A DNA stretch of 63,545 nt, the filler included, from Klebsormidium nitens (Eukaryota; Plantae; Klebsormidiophyceae): assembly GCA_000708835.1 (NCBI GenBank). It is 7 parts of 7 records of this genome, joined end to end, with 100 filler letters (N's around TTAATTAATTAA, not from the genome) between each part and the next. Parts side by side here need not be neighbours in the genome. Positions count along the whole stretch, not along the records: positions 1 to 12,854 come from DF238081.1; 6 more parts are not named here. One strand, 5' to 3'. Positions 1 to 12,954 of the stretch are shown here, one piece after another. The position numbers were made by a program, and so were the translations under genes. Every line of letters begins with the position of its first letter. Position 1 is the stretch's first letter. Under the pieces are notes generated by a model that saw only the letters and a program-made list of their open reading frames with translations, had not been told where the DNA came from and searched no databases.

Positions 1-347
1 CCATGCATTAAATGCGAATAATGCAAAGGGGCCAAAATGCATGGACCCCAATAAACGAAGGGTCCAACATGAATAGGCTATGGCCGTGCATAGGCTATGA
101 GCCTGTGGCGGCGGCGGCGCGATGCGCGCGCGCGCACGCTCAGGACACGCTATGGCAAGGAGCCAATCTGGCGTGACATGCCACATCCCCGACTTCTGGC
201 AAGCGTATCCCATTTCAATCAGACCAATGGCCCGTCCAGCCCTTCTGTGCTCTGCGATCCCTCACTCTTTTCGGCTTCTCCTTTCTGGGGGACCTTGGTA
301 CTCTCCTTCGAAGCTTTCCTTCGCTAGAGAGCCTGGAGCTTCACCAT

Positions 348-3344
348 ATGGATGGCCAGACTTACACTCTGCGCTCCCATCCCCTCAACAAGTTCTATGC
401 ATGGGGCAGGGGCGAACTGGGGTTCGACGTCAGGACCCCCAGATTGGCGACAGTCCCAAGGAGTCTTGCAATGCTTCTAGGCTTCCTGCGTAGCGGCAGC
501 TTTTTGGAGAGTTGCTCGCACAAGGATGGGGCTCTGGAATTGTTGGAAGTGTTGTCGTGTGACACAGCGTGTCAGAAGGCGCTCGGAAAGCTGCCGCAGT
601 GTGTTGAGACGCTGGTGTGCTTTGTCTGTGATGGGGAGGTCTCTATTCAGAGGAAGGTACGCTGAAAGCGCTCCAGAACCTTGCTCTGTACCCCGAAAAC
701 AGAAGACTCATTGCCGATGTGCCCGGGGTGCTGGTGCAGCTGGGGGCCTTCTTGCAAGACGTTGCAAAGGCTGAGGCAATAGCGAATGGTGCGGCTCAGT
801 TGCTGGGCTCCTTGACAAAGGACAACGAGGTTGGGGAGACTGTCGGCCGCATGCCATGGATGCTTGGGGATTTTTTAAATGCACTTGGCGTCACCTCAAT
901 CTCAACGGACGTCGCCCGGGTTCTTTATAACTCGACCAGGGGGCCTGAGGCCAGGGAGGCAATTGCCAACTCTGGGGTCCTCCTCAAGAAGTTGGTCAGT
1001 TAGTTGGACATACAAAAGGCCGTCGCAGTGCCGTTGACGGCCGCAAGCATTCTGTTGCACCTCAGACAGGACGGGGAGAGGGGGCCTGCGGTGAGCAGTG
1101 TTCAGACATTTGTGCAACAGCAATTGCACATGATGGTTCATGGAGACAACGCGCTCCTGAAGCAAAGGGCAGCAATGCTGGTTTTGGGTCTCGCGAGTTT
1201 GCATAAGGAGGCGTTGGCAGGTGTGCCGGATCTGTTGGAGGGGCTGGTAGCGGTTTTGGACGGGGCAACGTCGGGTGAGGTAGTGGCTACAAAGGCAGCA
1301 GAAAAGGCTGCGGAGACCCTGAATATCCTCTTGAGAGACAATAAAGAGACGTGCAAGGCTCTGAGAAAGATTGGGGGGAGCATGCGAATCCTTGTGGGGC
1401 TCCTTGGCAGCAACAGCCAGCAATTGCAATTGGTCTTACTAAGAACGCTGGGGTTTGTGGTGAGCCATGTCGAGGGGATGGGTGAGGAACTTGCTGGACT
1501 GCCCGGGTGTGTTGCCAACCTTGTCAAGCTCTTGGAGTGCCCTGCGGATGCTGTAAAGGGGAACGCAGCCGGTCTTTTGACGCACTTTGCAACAGAGATC
1601 AAGAGTCCTTCAGCACTAGCAGCCGCCCAGACGACCATTGCGAAGGAGCCAACCTTGTTGCCCAAGTTAGCTTTTGATTTGAGTGTTGTGGAGGAAAATG
1701 AGGCAGGAAGGGAGCTCAGGTATTACAGACGGCGGTTGGGGGAGCTTCTGAGATCCTTGTGCAGAAACATGGACAACAAACAACTTGTTGCGGGCATGCC
1801 TGGCTGTCTAGAGGGGATCCTTGGTCTGCTGGAACGTTCGCCCTACCTGCAAGAAGTGGGGGCGACTGCCTTGTCAGACCTGGTAACCGATGTTCAGGCC
1901 CAGCAGGCGTTAGCAAAAGTTCCTGGGGTTGTCCCGAAGCTGATCAAGGGGCTAGACGGAAGCGAGCGTGTGAGGCAAGCGGTCCTGACGGTTCTTCATC
2001 AGTTGGCGCTGAATGAGGAGCCCAGGCGTGCAATCAAGGACACTCCTGGGTGTGTGGAAAAAGTGGTCGCATTCCTGCAGGGGAACATCAGCTCAAGCAA
2101 GCCCCTGCAGCAGCGCTGCTAAGTGTGTTGGGGGAGCCCGTTGCCGACCTTCCTGGTGTGCTTCACAGATCGGTGAGCGTTTGACAGAGGGGGAAGGAGC
2201 CGGGGTGCGGGAGGTCGAATTGGCGCTCAGATGCCTCTTGAACAGCCCTGAAGCATGGAGGCTTTTTCTGGACGGGAGGCAACTCGCAATAAAGGTGGTG
2301 GGTCTGTTGGAGGCCCGGTTGCTCTCAATACAGCTCTTTGCAGCGGATATTCTAAACCGGATGGCTGCGACGCCGGCAGGCGCAGAAAGCGTGGCGGGTC
2401 TGCCGGGGTGCTTGGAGAAGCTGGTTGCTTGGTTTGAGAAGACGGCGAGGTGCTCGGAGGCCGGGGGGCAAGCCGGGGGGGAAGTTTTGGTACGCCTGAC
2501 GGCTTGTGCAAAGGTTAGGAGACTTGTCGCGAGGGTTCCTGGCGTCCTGGAGGTTTTGGTGGGCGCTTTGAATGGCGAGAGCGAACCAACCCGAGGGGCC
2601 GCGGGGGCAACTCTGTGCAACCTGGCGCTGGATGCTGAGAGCAGGGCCGCGATAGTGCGATTGCCGGGGTGCCTGAAGGGGCTGTTTCCGGTTATGCTGG
2701 AAATCGAGCATCCGGTAGCCCCGTTGGTGGCAGTTTCCGCGTTGGATCGATGGGCCAAAGACAGTCGAGTTGACAAAGCGATCGTTCGCACGGCAGCCGA
2801 GATCCCCGGGGCCATCGAGCGCTTGGTTGCACGCTTGAGTGGCAACTCGCCCGCGGCGTTGCGGGCGCAGGCCGGGGACGTTCTGGCGGCTGTTGCAACG
2901 GAAGCGGCATCTGCAAAAGCTATGGTGAGCCTGCCGGGGTGTCTCGCGGGGGTGGTGCGCCTAGCGAAAGAAGGGAACGGGTCTGGGGCATCAGTTGCTG
3001 TTTCGCTGCTGCTGAATCTGGCCGCCCATCCTGACGTGCGGACGGTTCTGAGGGGCGACCCGGACGTACGAGCGGCTCTCGTGGCCAATTTGAACGGCGG
3101 GGCCATGGGGATGGTGTGGCGTGGCGCGGCGGAAGCGTTGGAGGCCCTGGACTCGGTGGGGGGCGCGGAAGGGGGGCCGGGGGAAGCGGACAGAACGGTG
3201 GGAGGGGCGGAAGTTTTGGGTGGGGTCGAATGCGTGCCAACTCTGGAAGCGGGGCCGTCAGGGGTGAACAGCGAGGAGCGCGAAACGGAGGGCGGGGTTA
3301 GTGGGGTTAGGGGGGGTGCAGAAAAGGCTGCCGGCCCTAGTTGA
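348..3344 (+). pseudogene. Armadillo (ARM)-repeat protein, disrupted
   Basis: Recurrent ARM-like units (e.g. VLVRLTACAKVRRLVARVPGVLEVLVGAL; TLCNLALDAESRAAIVRLPGCLKGL) run across ORFs 348-665, 719-1003, 1004-2122 and 2013-3344. The repeat continues in a shifted frame at ~657 (TLKALQNLALYPENRRLIADVPG), reads through TAG 1001-1003 (LVS*LDIQKA) and shifts again at ~2110-2170. Confidence 0.75.
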
Positions 3345-4299
3345 CGAAGAGGGCCCGAGCAAGAAGGCGCGGTAGGGGGTTGGCGAGGTTGGGGGTGCAA
3401 GCGGACAGGAAGTACATGTGCGTTCGACACTGATGTGTACATAATCTTTGCGGTGTAGACTTTGGTTACCGGAATACGGAAGAGCTTCGAAAGACTAGTT
3501 GTGCTTTCGTGGACCGAAGTCTTGCTGGGATCGTTGTCTTACTCATGGCCTTTTCTGAACAAACTCTGCCTGTGTTTGATTTCGTCTGCATCTTGTGGTG
3601 CTCGCTGTTCGAAAGTTGTGTTTGCCGCCCCCGTCTTCTGCTTTATCTGTACACCAGATCACGAAAGAACGTGTGAGAGCCGTCAAAGCTGCTCCTTGAT
3701 TGTTTCTGCCTTGCTTTAGTCGCTCACTCTTCCAATCATCACCATCCCGAGCTCCCAAAGACGCTCGACAGAGGTTCGCAAAACGACTTCTCTTTCAGGG
3801 GCGTCGACGCTGCAGGTAGATTGATTCGATATGAAACTTCGCTTCAATGGGCGCTATTGTACTGATTCCCCGGAGCCGCCTCTTTCCGACCGTTCGCCTG
3901 TCCACTCACTTCAAAGTCGAAACAAGCCGGATGTTTTTCATTGTCAGGGGATGGGAGGGAACAAGACTGGACGAGATCAACGGCACAAACATGGGGACAA
4001 TCAGTACAAAAGCAGCGACGTTGCCCGAAGAGAAGTGCTCAGAAGCGGACACGTGGCAGCTCGGGCAACAATGAGTAATTTAGCTCAGGCGAGGTAAGGC
4101 TCTGCTTTGTCCTTATTGCTCGCAAAGCGAGAAGTCAACTCGAAGCCTCTGCACAGATCGATTCTGGAGCCTTGAACGGGGAGCAGACAAAGCTTGAGTC
4201 ATGTTTTTTTGGCACTTAGGGCATCTGCCTTCGAAGCTTTGAGCCAGACGGGTTCGGATCCTTCAAGTGCCGCTTGCTTGCTCCTAAGAGGCGAAACGA

Positions 4300-7200
4300 T
4301 GAGAGCGGCTGAGAGTCGAATCATGATCCTAGAAACATTCATCAAAGCTCACAACTAATTCAAGTACAAATACTTCTGCAGGTGCCGGAGTGCGCGCAAC
4401 GACCGAGACTTGCCCTGCCACAGCGGGAGAAAGGGGGCCCTCGGGGAAGTCAAGGCGACCACAGGAGCGGCCGGCTCGGGATACAAGTCGCCTAGAGTGG
4501 GCTCCGCTCCCGACGGCTGAGGGGGGCGGGTGCTGTTACTGACACAAAGCCAGCCGATTGGTAAGCTCTAACTGCTGACAATTCATAATTGTCGCTATGC
4601 CAACAGCGTATCTGCGCAGGTTCGCAACTTGGCCCTCCGAAGGGCGTCGACGAAGGTGTTCTCAGGAGGCACTTGTTCAGCTCAAGGGAACCGCGTTTGC
4701 TTTGAGTAAGCGCTTAAATGTTCGGAAGGATGTATCCACGGAGGGCCGTCCTTTCAGAGCCTGGGCAGACTTTTCTGCATAAAAAGGCCCGCTGTTTTGT
4801 CAGGAAGATCGGAGGCCGCGAATAGACCCGACCAGTTCTTCTGCCCCTTACTGCGACGTTTCTCATCGACCTTCATTATCTTGGGGAATGAATCTGGTTG
4901 TCGGCCAGCAAGTACGGTTTCCGTTTCTGCACTGTTAGCCGGAACTCACGCCCTCTGTTTTCAGCATCTACAACTAACTTTCAGTCTGTCGGGCTTGAGC
5001 TTGAACAAGTACACAAGATCTCGGGACGTATCATCCGTCCATTACTTGTATGATTAGCTTCTGATTCGAAGGGCGTCTCAACAGCTTCCAACGTTCTCTT
5101 CAGGTGGTGGAGCTCGAAGCGGGGGCAGGACAGGTTTCAATGCGTCCATTCCGCTTCCAACGGACGAGCGGAACTGCACAATCACGCAGCGGACGCAGAA
5201 CCACGGCACGGAGAGATGTCTACTGCAGGCTCGCCAGTTGCAACGAGGGGACGGCCGGACGTCGGTTGACGGGAGCGGAATTTTGGGTGACGAAGAGCGG
5301 ATCCAAGGTGAGGCCTCAGTCGATCAGAAGCTCAGCAAGTTGATGATTGTTTCTGCAGCAAAAACAGTGCGACATGTGGTTACAAGGCTTCGGCTATACG
5401 TAGACTTCTTGCGTTCTCGTTTCGACCTTCCTTGTCGGGACCTGCGACCAGAAGGACACGCACTTCTTGGTATGCTTAAGCATTTTGCGGATATGAATCG
5501 AAAGCCGCAGCAAGAAATGAGCCCTCAGCACACAAGGCGGCTGATCGAAGTTGACAATACTGCTGTTTGCGTCAGACTTGGCACCCGAACTTGGGTCGAA
5601 GCGCGCGGGTTTCAATCTTGAGTCGCGAAGTCGGTCCTCGATCCTTGATAGACATCCCCCCTGAAAACGTTACGCGTAGTTTGGCCGCTTTAGTGACGGT
5701 CAGCGATTTGGCATCCGGACTCCGGAGTCCTTTCAGGGGGGTACTTTGGGGAGTATCGAGAACCGAAATCGCGACTCGTGATCGAGGAACGCGCGTTTCC
5801 ATTCGAGCTCGTTTGCCAAGTTTGACGCAAATAGCATTAACTCGGGGGCTTGGACAAAAGTCGCATGCGCCGGAAGTCACCACTGGGTGTTCCTCGTGTA
5901 GCTTCCTTTCTGCTGTCAGTTACCTGGCTGGAATGGCAAGCGATGGAGTTTCAATCAGCGCAGGTTGTCCGATAACGTCTTTTACTTATTGGTCGGCGTG
6001 CGGTTGTCCTTCACATGCCAGGAATGCGGGGTATGCACTGCGAATCATATTCTGGCCGTTGTCCATTGTTTGCCGCCGCTACATCTCTGCCGTTTACTTT
6101 AGTGTTCGTTCTGCCTCACAACACATTCCGATGCTTTTTCTTTATATCTCTCATTTGATCTTTTCAGAGCGTCGCCCCAACAGCTTGCGGCCTGCATATG
6201 CGACAAGGACCTGCACTCCCGACGCCACGTGGGGCCATGTCATCCAAATCAGTTGCAGTCGCCTACACACGGGTAAGAAACATGTAAAGATCGATCCAGT
6301 GTGACTCTCTGATAGGGGCCGGAGGTTTGCGGGGCCACTTTTGCTTCGCTGTATTCATAATTTCTTGGCGTCTCCCAGCTTCACGAAGCCCTTGGAGAGC
6401 AAAGAGCTTTTGCTCTTGAGCTCTTGAGCTCTCTCTCCTTCGTACCTGGTTGATTCTTGAGCAGAGAAAATCCGTCTATTGCCGACGACCGAGATACCTT
6501 GGAGAAGAGTTTCAAGTATCCCACGGTTGCAAGGTTTGCTGGCAATCCAGATTTGCGTATTGCCCAGCTTTAGAAAGCTCGTCAGCTGGAAGCCGCAGCC
6601 GTCTAACAGAAAGTGCCGAAGATATTCAGCTTCGTTTGAGAGAGGCTGAGTGTCGCTTTCTGAATGTAAAAGTAGACATCAAAGCTCACGGTCAAATCAA
6701 GTACAAACACTCCCAGGTGCCGGAGTACGCGCGACCATGGAGACGTGCCCTGCCACAGCGGGAGAAAGAGGGCCCCGGGGAAATTGAGGCGACCACAGGA
6801 GGGGCTTGATCGGGGTACAGGTCGCCCAGAATGGGCTCTCCTCACGACGGCCTAGGGGGCCGGTGCCGTTATAGACAGGATATCAATCGTAAGGTAAGCT
6901 CTTACTGCTGATATTTCGTGATTGTTGCTGTGCCAACGAGAGCAGCTTGGAAGCAAAACGTGGCTTATATCACTTGGAAGGGCACCAACGGAGTAGTTTT
7001 CAGGCACTTGTTCAGTTTCGTGTAGATCTCAGCTGCATCGAGGACGCGGTCTACGTTCTGGAAGAAATTCTCAACAAAGGGCCGTACTGGACACCTTGGC
7101 AGGAGTCTTTGCATGAGAAAGACTTGTGCCAAAGAAAAGCAGAGGCCGATGATTAGACCCGCTTACAGATCCTTTTTGTATTCAGCCGGAAACTCACGCC

Positions 7201-8600
7201 CTCTGTCTTAAGAAGCCCATCAATTTCCAGTCTGTCCGCTTAAGCCCCAACACTTTTGGAAGATTCGGGGATATATCATCCGTCCATTATTAAGCTCTTG
7301 TTTCGAAGTGCGTCTCAACAGGTTCCAACGTTCTCTTCAGGTGGTGGAGCTCGAAGCGGGGGCAGGACCGGTTTCGGTGCGTCCATTCCGCTTCCAGCGG
7401 ACGAGCGGAACTGCGCAATCACGCAGCGGACGCAGAGTCACGGACAGCAGAGATGGCTACCGCAGGCTCGCCAGCCGCAACGAGGGGAAAGCCGGACGTC
7501 GGTTGACGAGGAGCGGAGTTCCGGTCGGGAAGAGCGGAAGAAGGTAAGGCCCCAGTCGATCAGAAGCTCAGCGAAAGTTCCTTCAAGAGAAAACGGCGCA
7601 AATGGTGGTGAGCGCTTCGGTTGTGAGTGGAAGTCGTGCGTTTTCGTTTGCGACCGTGCTTGTCGAGACGTGCGACCGGAAGCACAAGCAGTTCTTGTTA
7701 TGCTCCAACGGTTTGCAGGCTTGAAATGAAAAGCTGCAGCAAAAAGGGCATCCCCGAAATGGCTCCTCAGGACTTTTAGGGGCTGATCAAACTTGACAAT
7801 CACTCGAGGTCTCGGACTCAAAACTCGCACACGACCGCAGTCTCTAAGTCTTCTTGCGTTAGCTTGTTTTCGACTGTCAAATTGCATGGCTGGGTCGGCG
7901 AGCGACTGATTCTCAGAAGGTACAGGCTGTCGGATCACGTCGTTTTCTACGGACCTCGTACCGTTGTCCTCCACGTGCCAGAAACGGGGGGTATGCATCG
8001 CAAATCACATTCTGGCCGTTGTCCACTGTTGTTGGTAATTCCTGCCTGTCTGACGTTCGATTCAGTGTCCTTTCCGCTTCAGAACGACTTCCGATGGTTT
8101 CCTCATGTTCTTATTCCATTCGTCTCGTTCAGAGCGTCGCCCCGACAGCTCGCGGCCTGCACATGCGAGAAGGACCTGCCCCCCCGACGCCACCTGGCTC
8201 CACGTCATCCAAACAGTTGACGTCGACTATGCACGGGTAAGAATCTTGTGTCGATCAGATCCAATATGACTGTCTATTGGGGGCCGGAGGTATTCTGGGG
8301 CCGGCTCATGATTCGCTGCTTTCCCAGATTCTTGTCGTCTCCCAGCGTCACGTAGCGCATCAAGAGCAAGTAGCTAGAAACATTAGTACTTGTTTGGAAT
8401 CTGAGCAAAAAATTGCGTGTATTCGTCTCTACGACTACGATTCTTAAGATAAATCTTGAGTGTCCAGTCGCAACTTCGGGATTGCCGGCGTTCCGCATTG
8501 GTTGGTATGCCAGGGCCTCACCCGCTTGTCAGCTAGAAACTGCAACCGTTTCACAGAATTTGATGTTTCCCCAAGCCTTCAAGTTCTCGTATCGGTTTCA
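4300..8600 (+). repeat. Diverged tandem duplication (~2.0-2.3 kb unit) containing three exon-like segments
   Basis: Paired segments 4382-4560/6717-6893, 5104-5307/7341-7543 and 6168-6271/8133-8236 are clearly homologous, and each is bounded by CAG| and |GT(A/G)AG in both copies. Flanking intron-like DNA is also homologous. Confidence 0.8.
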
Positions 8601-9269
8601 CTTCTGCATGTCCAGATCAGTCCGCACGAACTTCTCCCGTTCTACCCAAAACTCCGTAACACGAGCGTCGGTTGGTCATATGGTCTTGAATACCGTCAGC
8701 TGATTCGTTCCGATCTTACAGGCCCGTTCCTGTGCACAACAGCAGCGGAGCTGTTCGCGGTCAGCTACGCGCCGGAGCCTGGAGGCATGCGTCAGGCCTG
8801 GCGGCTCATACGCCAAGTGAGCGCGACAGATTGCGGAAGGGGAAGGGAAGGGACTTCGTGACGGGGAGGGGGAAGTCGAGGGGTTTGGCGAGGAAGAAGG
8901 AGAGGGGCTTCGCGAGGGGGGGGGGCTCGAATAAGTTGTGGGGAGGGGCTTCTAGAGGGGGATACGGAGGGGGCGAGTGACGTCGATGGGCGCCACTCGG
9001 CGCTCCGAGTAGTGCGTTAGCTGCGCGCTCCACCAGCAGAACGGTTGAAGACCTCTCCAGACCGCAAATTGGCAGGGACATCGGGCGAAGTTCGGTCGGT
9101 GGGGCGGTCGGAGAAATTGGTCTCGGACGAGCTGACGTCAGCAGCCACGTCAGCGCTAGGCTGGTCGACTGCCGACGACAACCAGGGGGCACGGGGTGAC
9201 TGCAGAAAGCGGGACCGGAGAGCAGCTTGACAGGGCGGAGCGGTCTTCGCTCTTGACGCGCCGTGGGTG

Positions 9270-9740
9270 GTCGGCAAGGGGAGATCCCTTGATAGGATCC
9301 GTGGCAATAGCTCGTCTCCAGTGGACGAGCTGGGGCGTGCCGGGGGCTTGGACAGGAGCTGAAGGCGGGGGGTGGTTGTCCTGGGGCGCCACGTGGCAAG
9401 AGCTCGTCCTGGGTGGACGAGGGGGAGCGTACGCGGGCTTGGAATGGAGCTGAAGGCGGAGGATTGTCGGCCAAGAGAGATCCTGGATAGAGGACGTGGC
9501 GAGAGCTCGTCCTGGGCGGTCGAGGGGGAGCGTACGCGGGCTTGGAATGGAGCTGAAGGCGGGGGTTGGCCGGCCGCGGGGGTTCCCTAGATAGGACACG
9601 TGGCGAGCGTACGCGGGCTTGGAATGGAGCTGAAGGCGGGGGTTGGCCGGCCGCGGGGGTTCCCTAGATAGGACACGTGGCAAGAGCTCGTCCCGGGTAA
9701 ACGCGGCGGGGCATACGCGGGATTTGGATTCGAGCTGAAG
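9270..9740. repeat. Degenerate G-rich minisatellite, ~77-104 bp period
   Basis: Core CGTACGCGGGCTTGGAATGGAGCTGAAGGCGG at 9428, 9531 and 9608; degenerate copies at ~9336 and ~9712. Confidence 0.8.
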
Positions 9741-12700
9741 GAGAGAAGGTCGTTCGGGTGGCGGCAATACTGGAGGATGAGACACCGCATGGTGAGTCGG
9801 TTCGAGAGTCCTGCCACGCTTCTCAACGTCGGGTCTACTTCTGTTGAATTACACAGACTAGTACTCGTCTTCGTTGAACTGGGATGTCCAGAAGTTCCTT
9901 CAAGGATGCCGTTGGGAAAGGTTTTCCCCTCATGAAAGGAGTGTCCTCCGACATTCACCTAAAACTAGCAAGGCTGGAGATGAAGAACGACGGCGGCCGA
10001 CTTTTAGCCGACTCCATTCTGTGCCGTGCTTTCTTGTATCCAACAAAGGTACTTTGACGAAGCACAACTAACAGCTAAAACCGTCTGCCTGAAGGTTTCT
10101 CTTGTTGGTGGGTCACGACCCTCGGTGAAAAGAGGCGTGCATGTCAGGGAGTGTTCCGCACAAGCAGCCAGTCTTCCTTCGACCTCCGTGCGAAGCGACA
10201 CAAAATTGCCACTGAATCGCACTTGAACATGCTTCTATCTTTCATAGCTGATGCCATCAATGGAGAGATCGCATCGACCTCAAGCCTAGCTAAATCTCTC
10301 GTCGTCGGCGGCACGTGGGTACCTTCACCAGGAGATTCAGTCTCGAAATGCAGGATCCTCATCAGCGCTTAAGCGGACACTTACGCCTTTACAATCGCTT
10401 CGCCGGGTGTCCTTTTTTGGCCAGATTGTCTCCTTCAATGGCACCCAATGTCTGTTGCTTTTTTCTATAGGTGGCCCGGTGAAGCTGTCTCGCAAAGGAG
10501 CACCGGAGCCATGACCAAGCTGGCGCTGCGACGGCGTCAGCAGCGGATCCGATCACGTAACCTGGGCTTCTGGTGACGCCCGCTTCCAAGCGGTTGTATA
10601 TATTCTTGTTGAGTTATGACGAATCCGCTGGACCATTGTCGTAGGCTGCGCGCATAGCGGGAGCACGTGTACACAACCGATAGGTATATATCGAAAATTC
10701 AGAGCCTGAGACAAGTTTCAGCATTTCTATGATCATTGGCCTCTAAAATTTTCGGGTCCTTCAACTGGATCTTTCCAGATTCCCACTTGACAGAAAACGG
10801 CGGATTGAAGATACCACGACAGAAGAAGCCCTGAGTTAACGTTCCATCAGGTCACGATCCTGCTGCCAGGTTTCGAGCACTCTGGCAGCGGCGGTTGGAG
10901 GCTTTTGATTCGAATTTTCATATGTCAACTGAGAGTGCGTTTCTGACATGATCAGCACGTTTGATAGATCGAGTCAAAACTCAAGTTGGCCGGTCGCACT
11001 CAAATTTTGGAACTCTCTGTCTGGCCATGGCATGTGGGCCAAAGTCTATCCCCGAGTACGTGCCATGTCATGCAGCTCTCCTATAAGCTGGCCTACTCAG
11101 TGAGCCTTGCTCGCATGTTATTGCAATGAAATATGTGGAGTCGACGCCGTTGATTGGACAGGCTACTACGCCGGGGGCTAGGACCGTCGGTCACGTGTGC
11201 CATAAGTTCCGATCAACATCCGGCGTGCTCACTGAGCTGGCCGGGCCCTCAGTGGCATATACGTACGTACGTCCTGCGCACATGATTGCAATGATTTAAC
11301 AATGCATAATGATTCACGTACAATCTGATCATTGAGTCCAAAAATCCACTCGATCGGATCGAGTGCGCATGCACTGTTTCATAAGACGCTGATCAGACAC
11401 TACTGGCCATAACGTGCCGCCCGGCCATGCATGGCGTCCTTGTGTGTATGCGATATGCACTACTAATGATGCATTGTCCTTGCGCACTGCATGCGTCACC
11501 GGCGCCATATCATGGCCTAGCTCAGGTAGCTAGTGCAGCCTGGTCCCCGCCTCCAATCCGATCGCGACATGGTTGGATCGTTCGTGATGCTGGCCGCGCA
11601 GGTGAAATGGATCATAGTGGCAATTGAGAACAACTTCTTAATCGCGGACTCCCGATTCATTCATGCAGTACGAAAGCTAAGAGCACACGCTATGTTGATT
11701 GGCGTGCCGCGGAAGATATCCATGTGACCTGTTTACTTAGATCGTCATGTATTTGCAGTAGCCAGGTCGGGGCGGCCGGGCCGGGACTTCGGAACAGTGG
11801 TTCAATTTCAATGGATTGGAAACCTTGAAACGTTCGGATAGACAAATGGTTTGCAGGGGCGCTTGCTAGGAATGGGCTTCCTATTGAATGCGCTCTACCG
11901 TACCAAGAAAAACGCGTTACCGGTGAATTCATTGATGCCTAGCGCTTGTCACTCGTCTATTGGCCGACTTAAATAGGAGTACTTTTTTGGAAAATCAGCT
12001 ATGACGTGCGACTTTGACCAAAGTTCCTAGCTCCATAAACATGTGCAAGTTGACTATCAAAGTGACTCAATCGAGAAATGAAAAGCCCCGACGGCTTCCC
12101 CGTAATCAATCATGGCCACTTCCTACTTCTTACATTGACAAGCGAATCGATCGCTCCTCAGTTCCCTGAAAGAAGAAGTGGGTGAAGTCAGCGTTTCCCT
12201 TCCGTTGACCGTCCAGACTTAAGGGTCTCTATAGAGCAGCTGCAACCAACACGAGAAGTGGCAGCCAGAAAGGCTTTGCAGCCCACTGATCCAACACATC
12301 GCGGAGTTTCCTCCAAGGACGCTTTCCCGTTGCAAAGTGCAAGCATTCGTTGTGAGTCTCCTCTAGGCTTGGGTCATTGCTCCATTAAGCCATAGAGGCG
12401 GAGCGGAGCGGAAAATCATTGTGCGCTTCACTTTTGTGCTTCTCTAAGCCGTGAGAAATGTCACCTCAAGATTTCAATTGCCGTACTAATCTTCCTGGTC
12501 GGCATGAGGAATCAACCCTCAAAAGCCGGTGGATCTTGCGTCCGTCTCCACCCTTTCAAGAAAGCTCAGTCTCTTTAACGCGACCCACCTTCCGATCGTC
12601 GTTGGGCACCGCTTTCAAAGGCTCCTGTGAAGCCTCCGTCCCGCAGCAGACCAGCGCAGTGACGTCACTGCTGACGTCAACTATGCCGGCACTGTAACGG

Positions 12701-12954
12701 CACGACTGCGCACCGACTTCTGGCTGCGCGCCAAACTCGCGGCCGCGCATCGTCCGTTATTATACGCTATCGACTTATTTGATATATCGAATCACTACAC
12801 GACACGTGTCTGAGTTGCTGCTTCACCGCGTGACCGTCCGATAAGACCCACGTGNNNNNNNNNNNNNNNNNNNNNNNNNNNNNNNNNNNNNNNNNNNNTT
12901 AATTAATTAANNNNNNNNNNNNNNNNNNNNNNNNNNNNNNNNNNNNNNNNNNNN

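Noticed and set aside
2093-3442. 449-aa minus-strand ORF and other long antisense ORFs (e.g. 902-1429, 13923-14800, 56953-57664)
   Set aside because: Shadow ORFs of GC-rich coding DNA or low-complexity repeats, with no domain motifs.
9950-12850. Possible decayed minus-strand gene
   Set aside because: Some protein-like stretches, but no recognisable motif or consistent exon chain.
12855-12954. TTAATTAATTAA embedded in N-runs (also ~37124, ~39339, ~41536, ~43668, ~50647) as a regularly recurring repeat
   Set aside because: Six-frame-stop scaffolding linker; an assembly artefact, not biology. ORFs running into X residues are artefactual at those ends.
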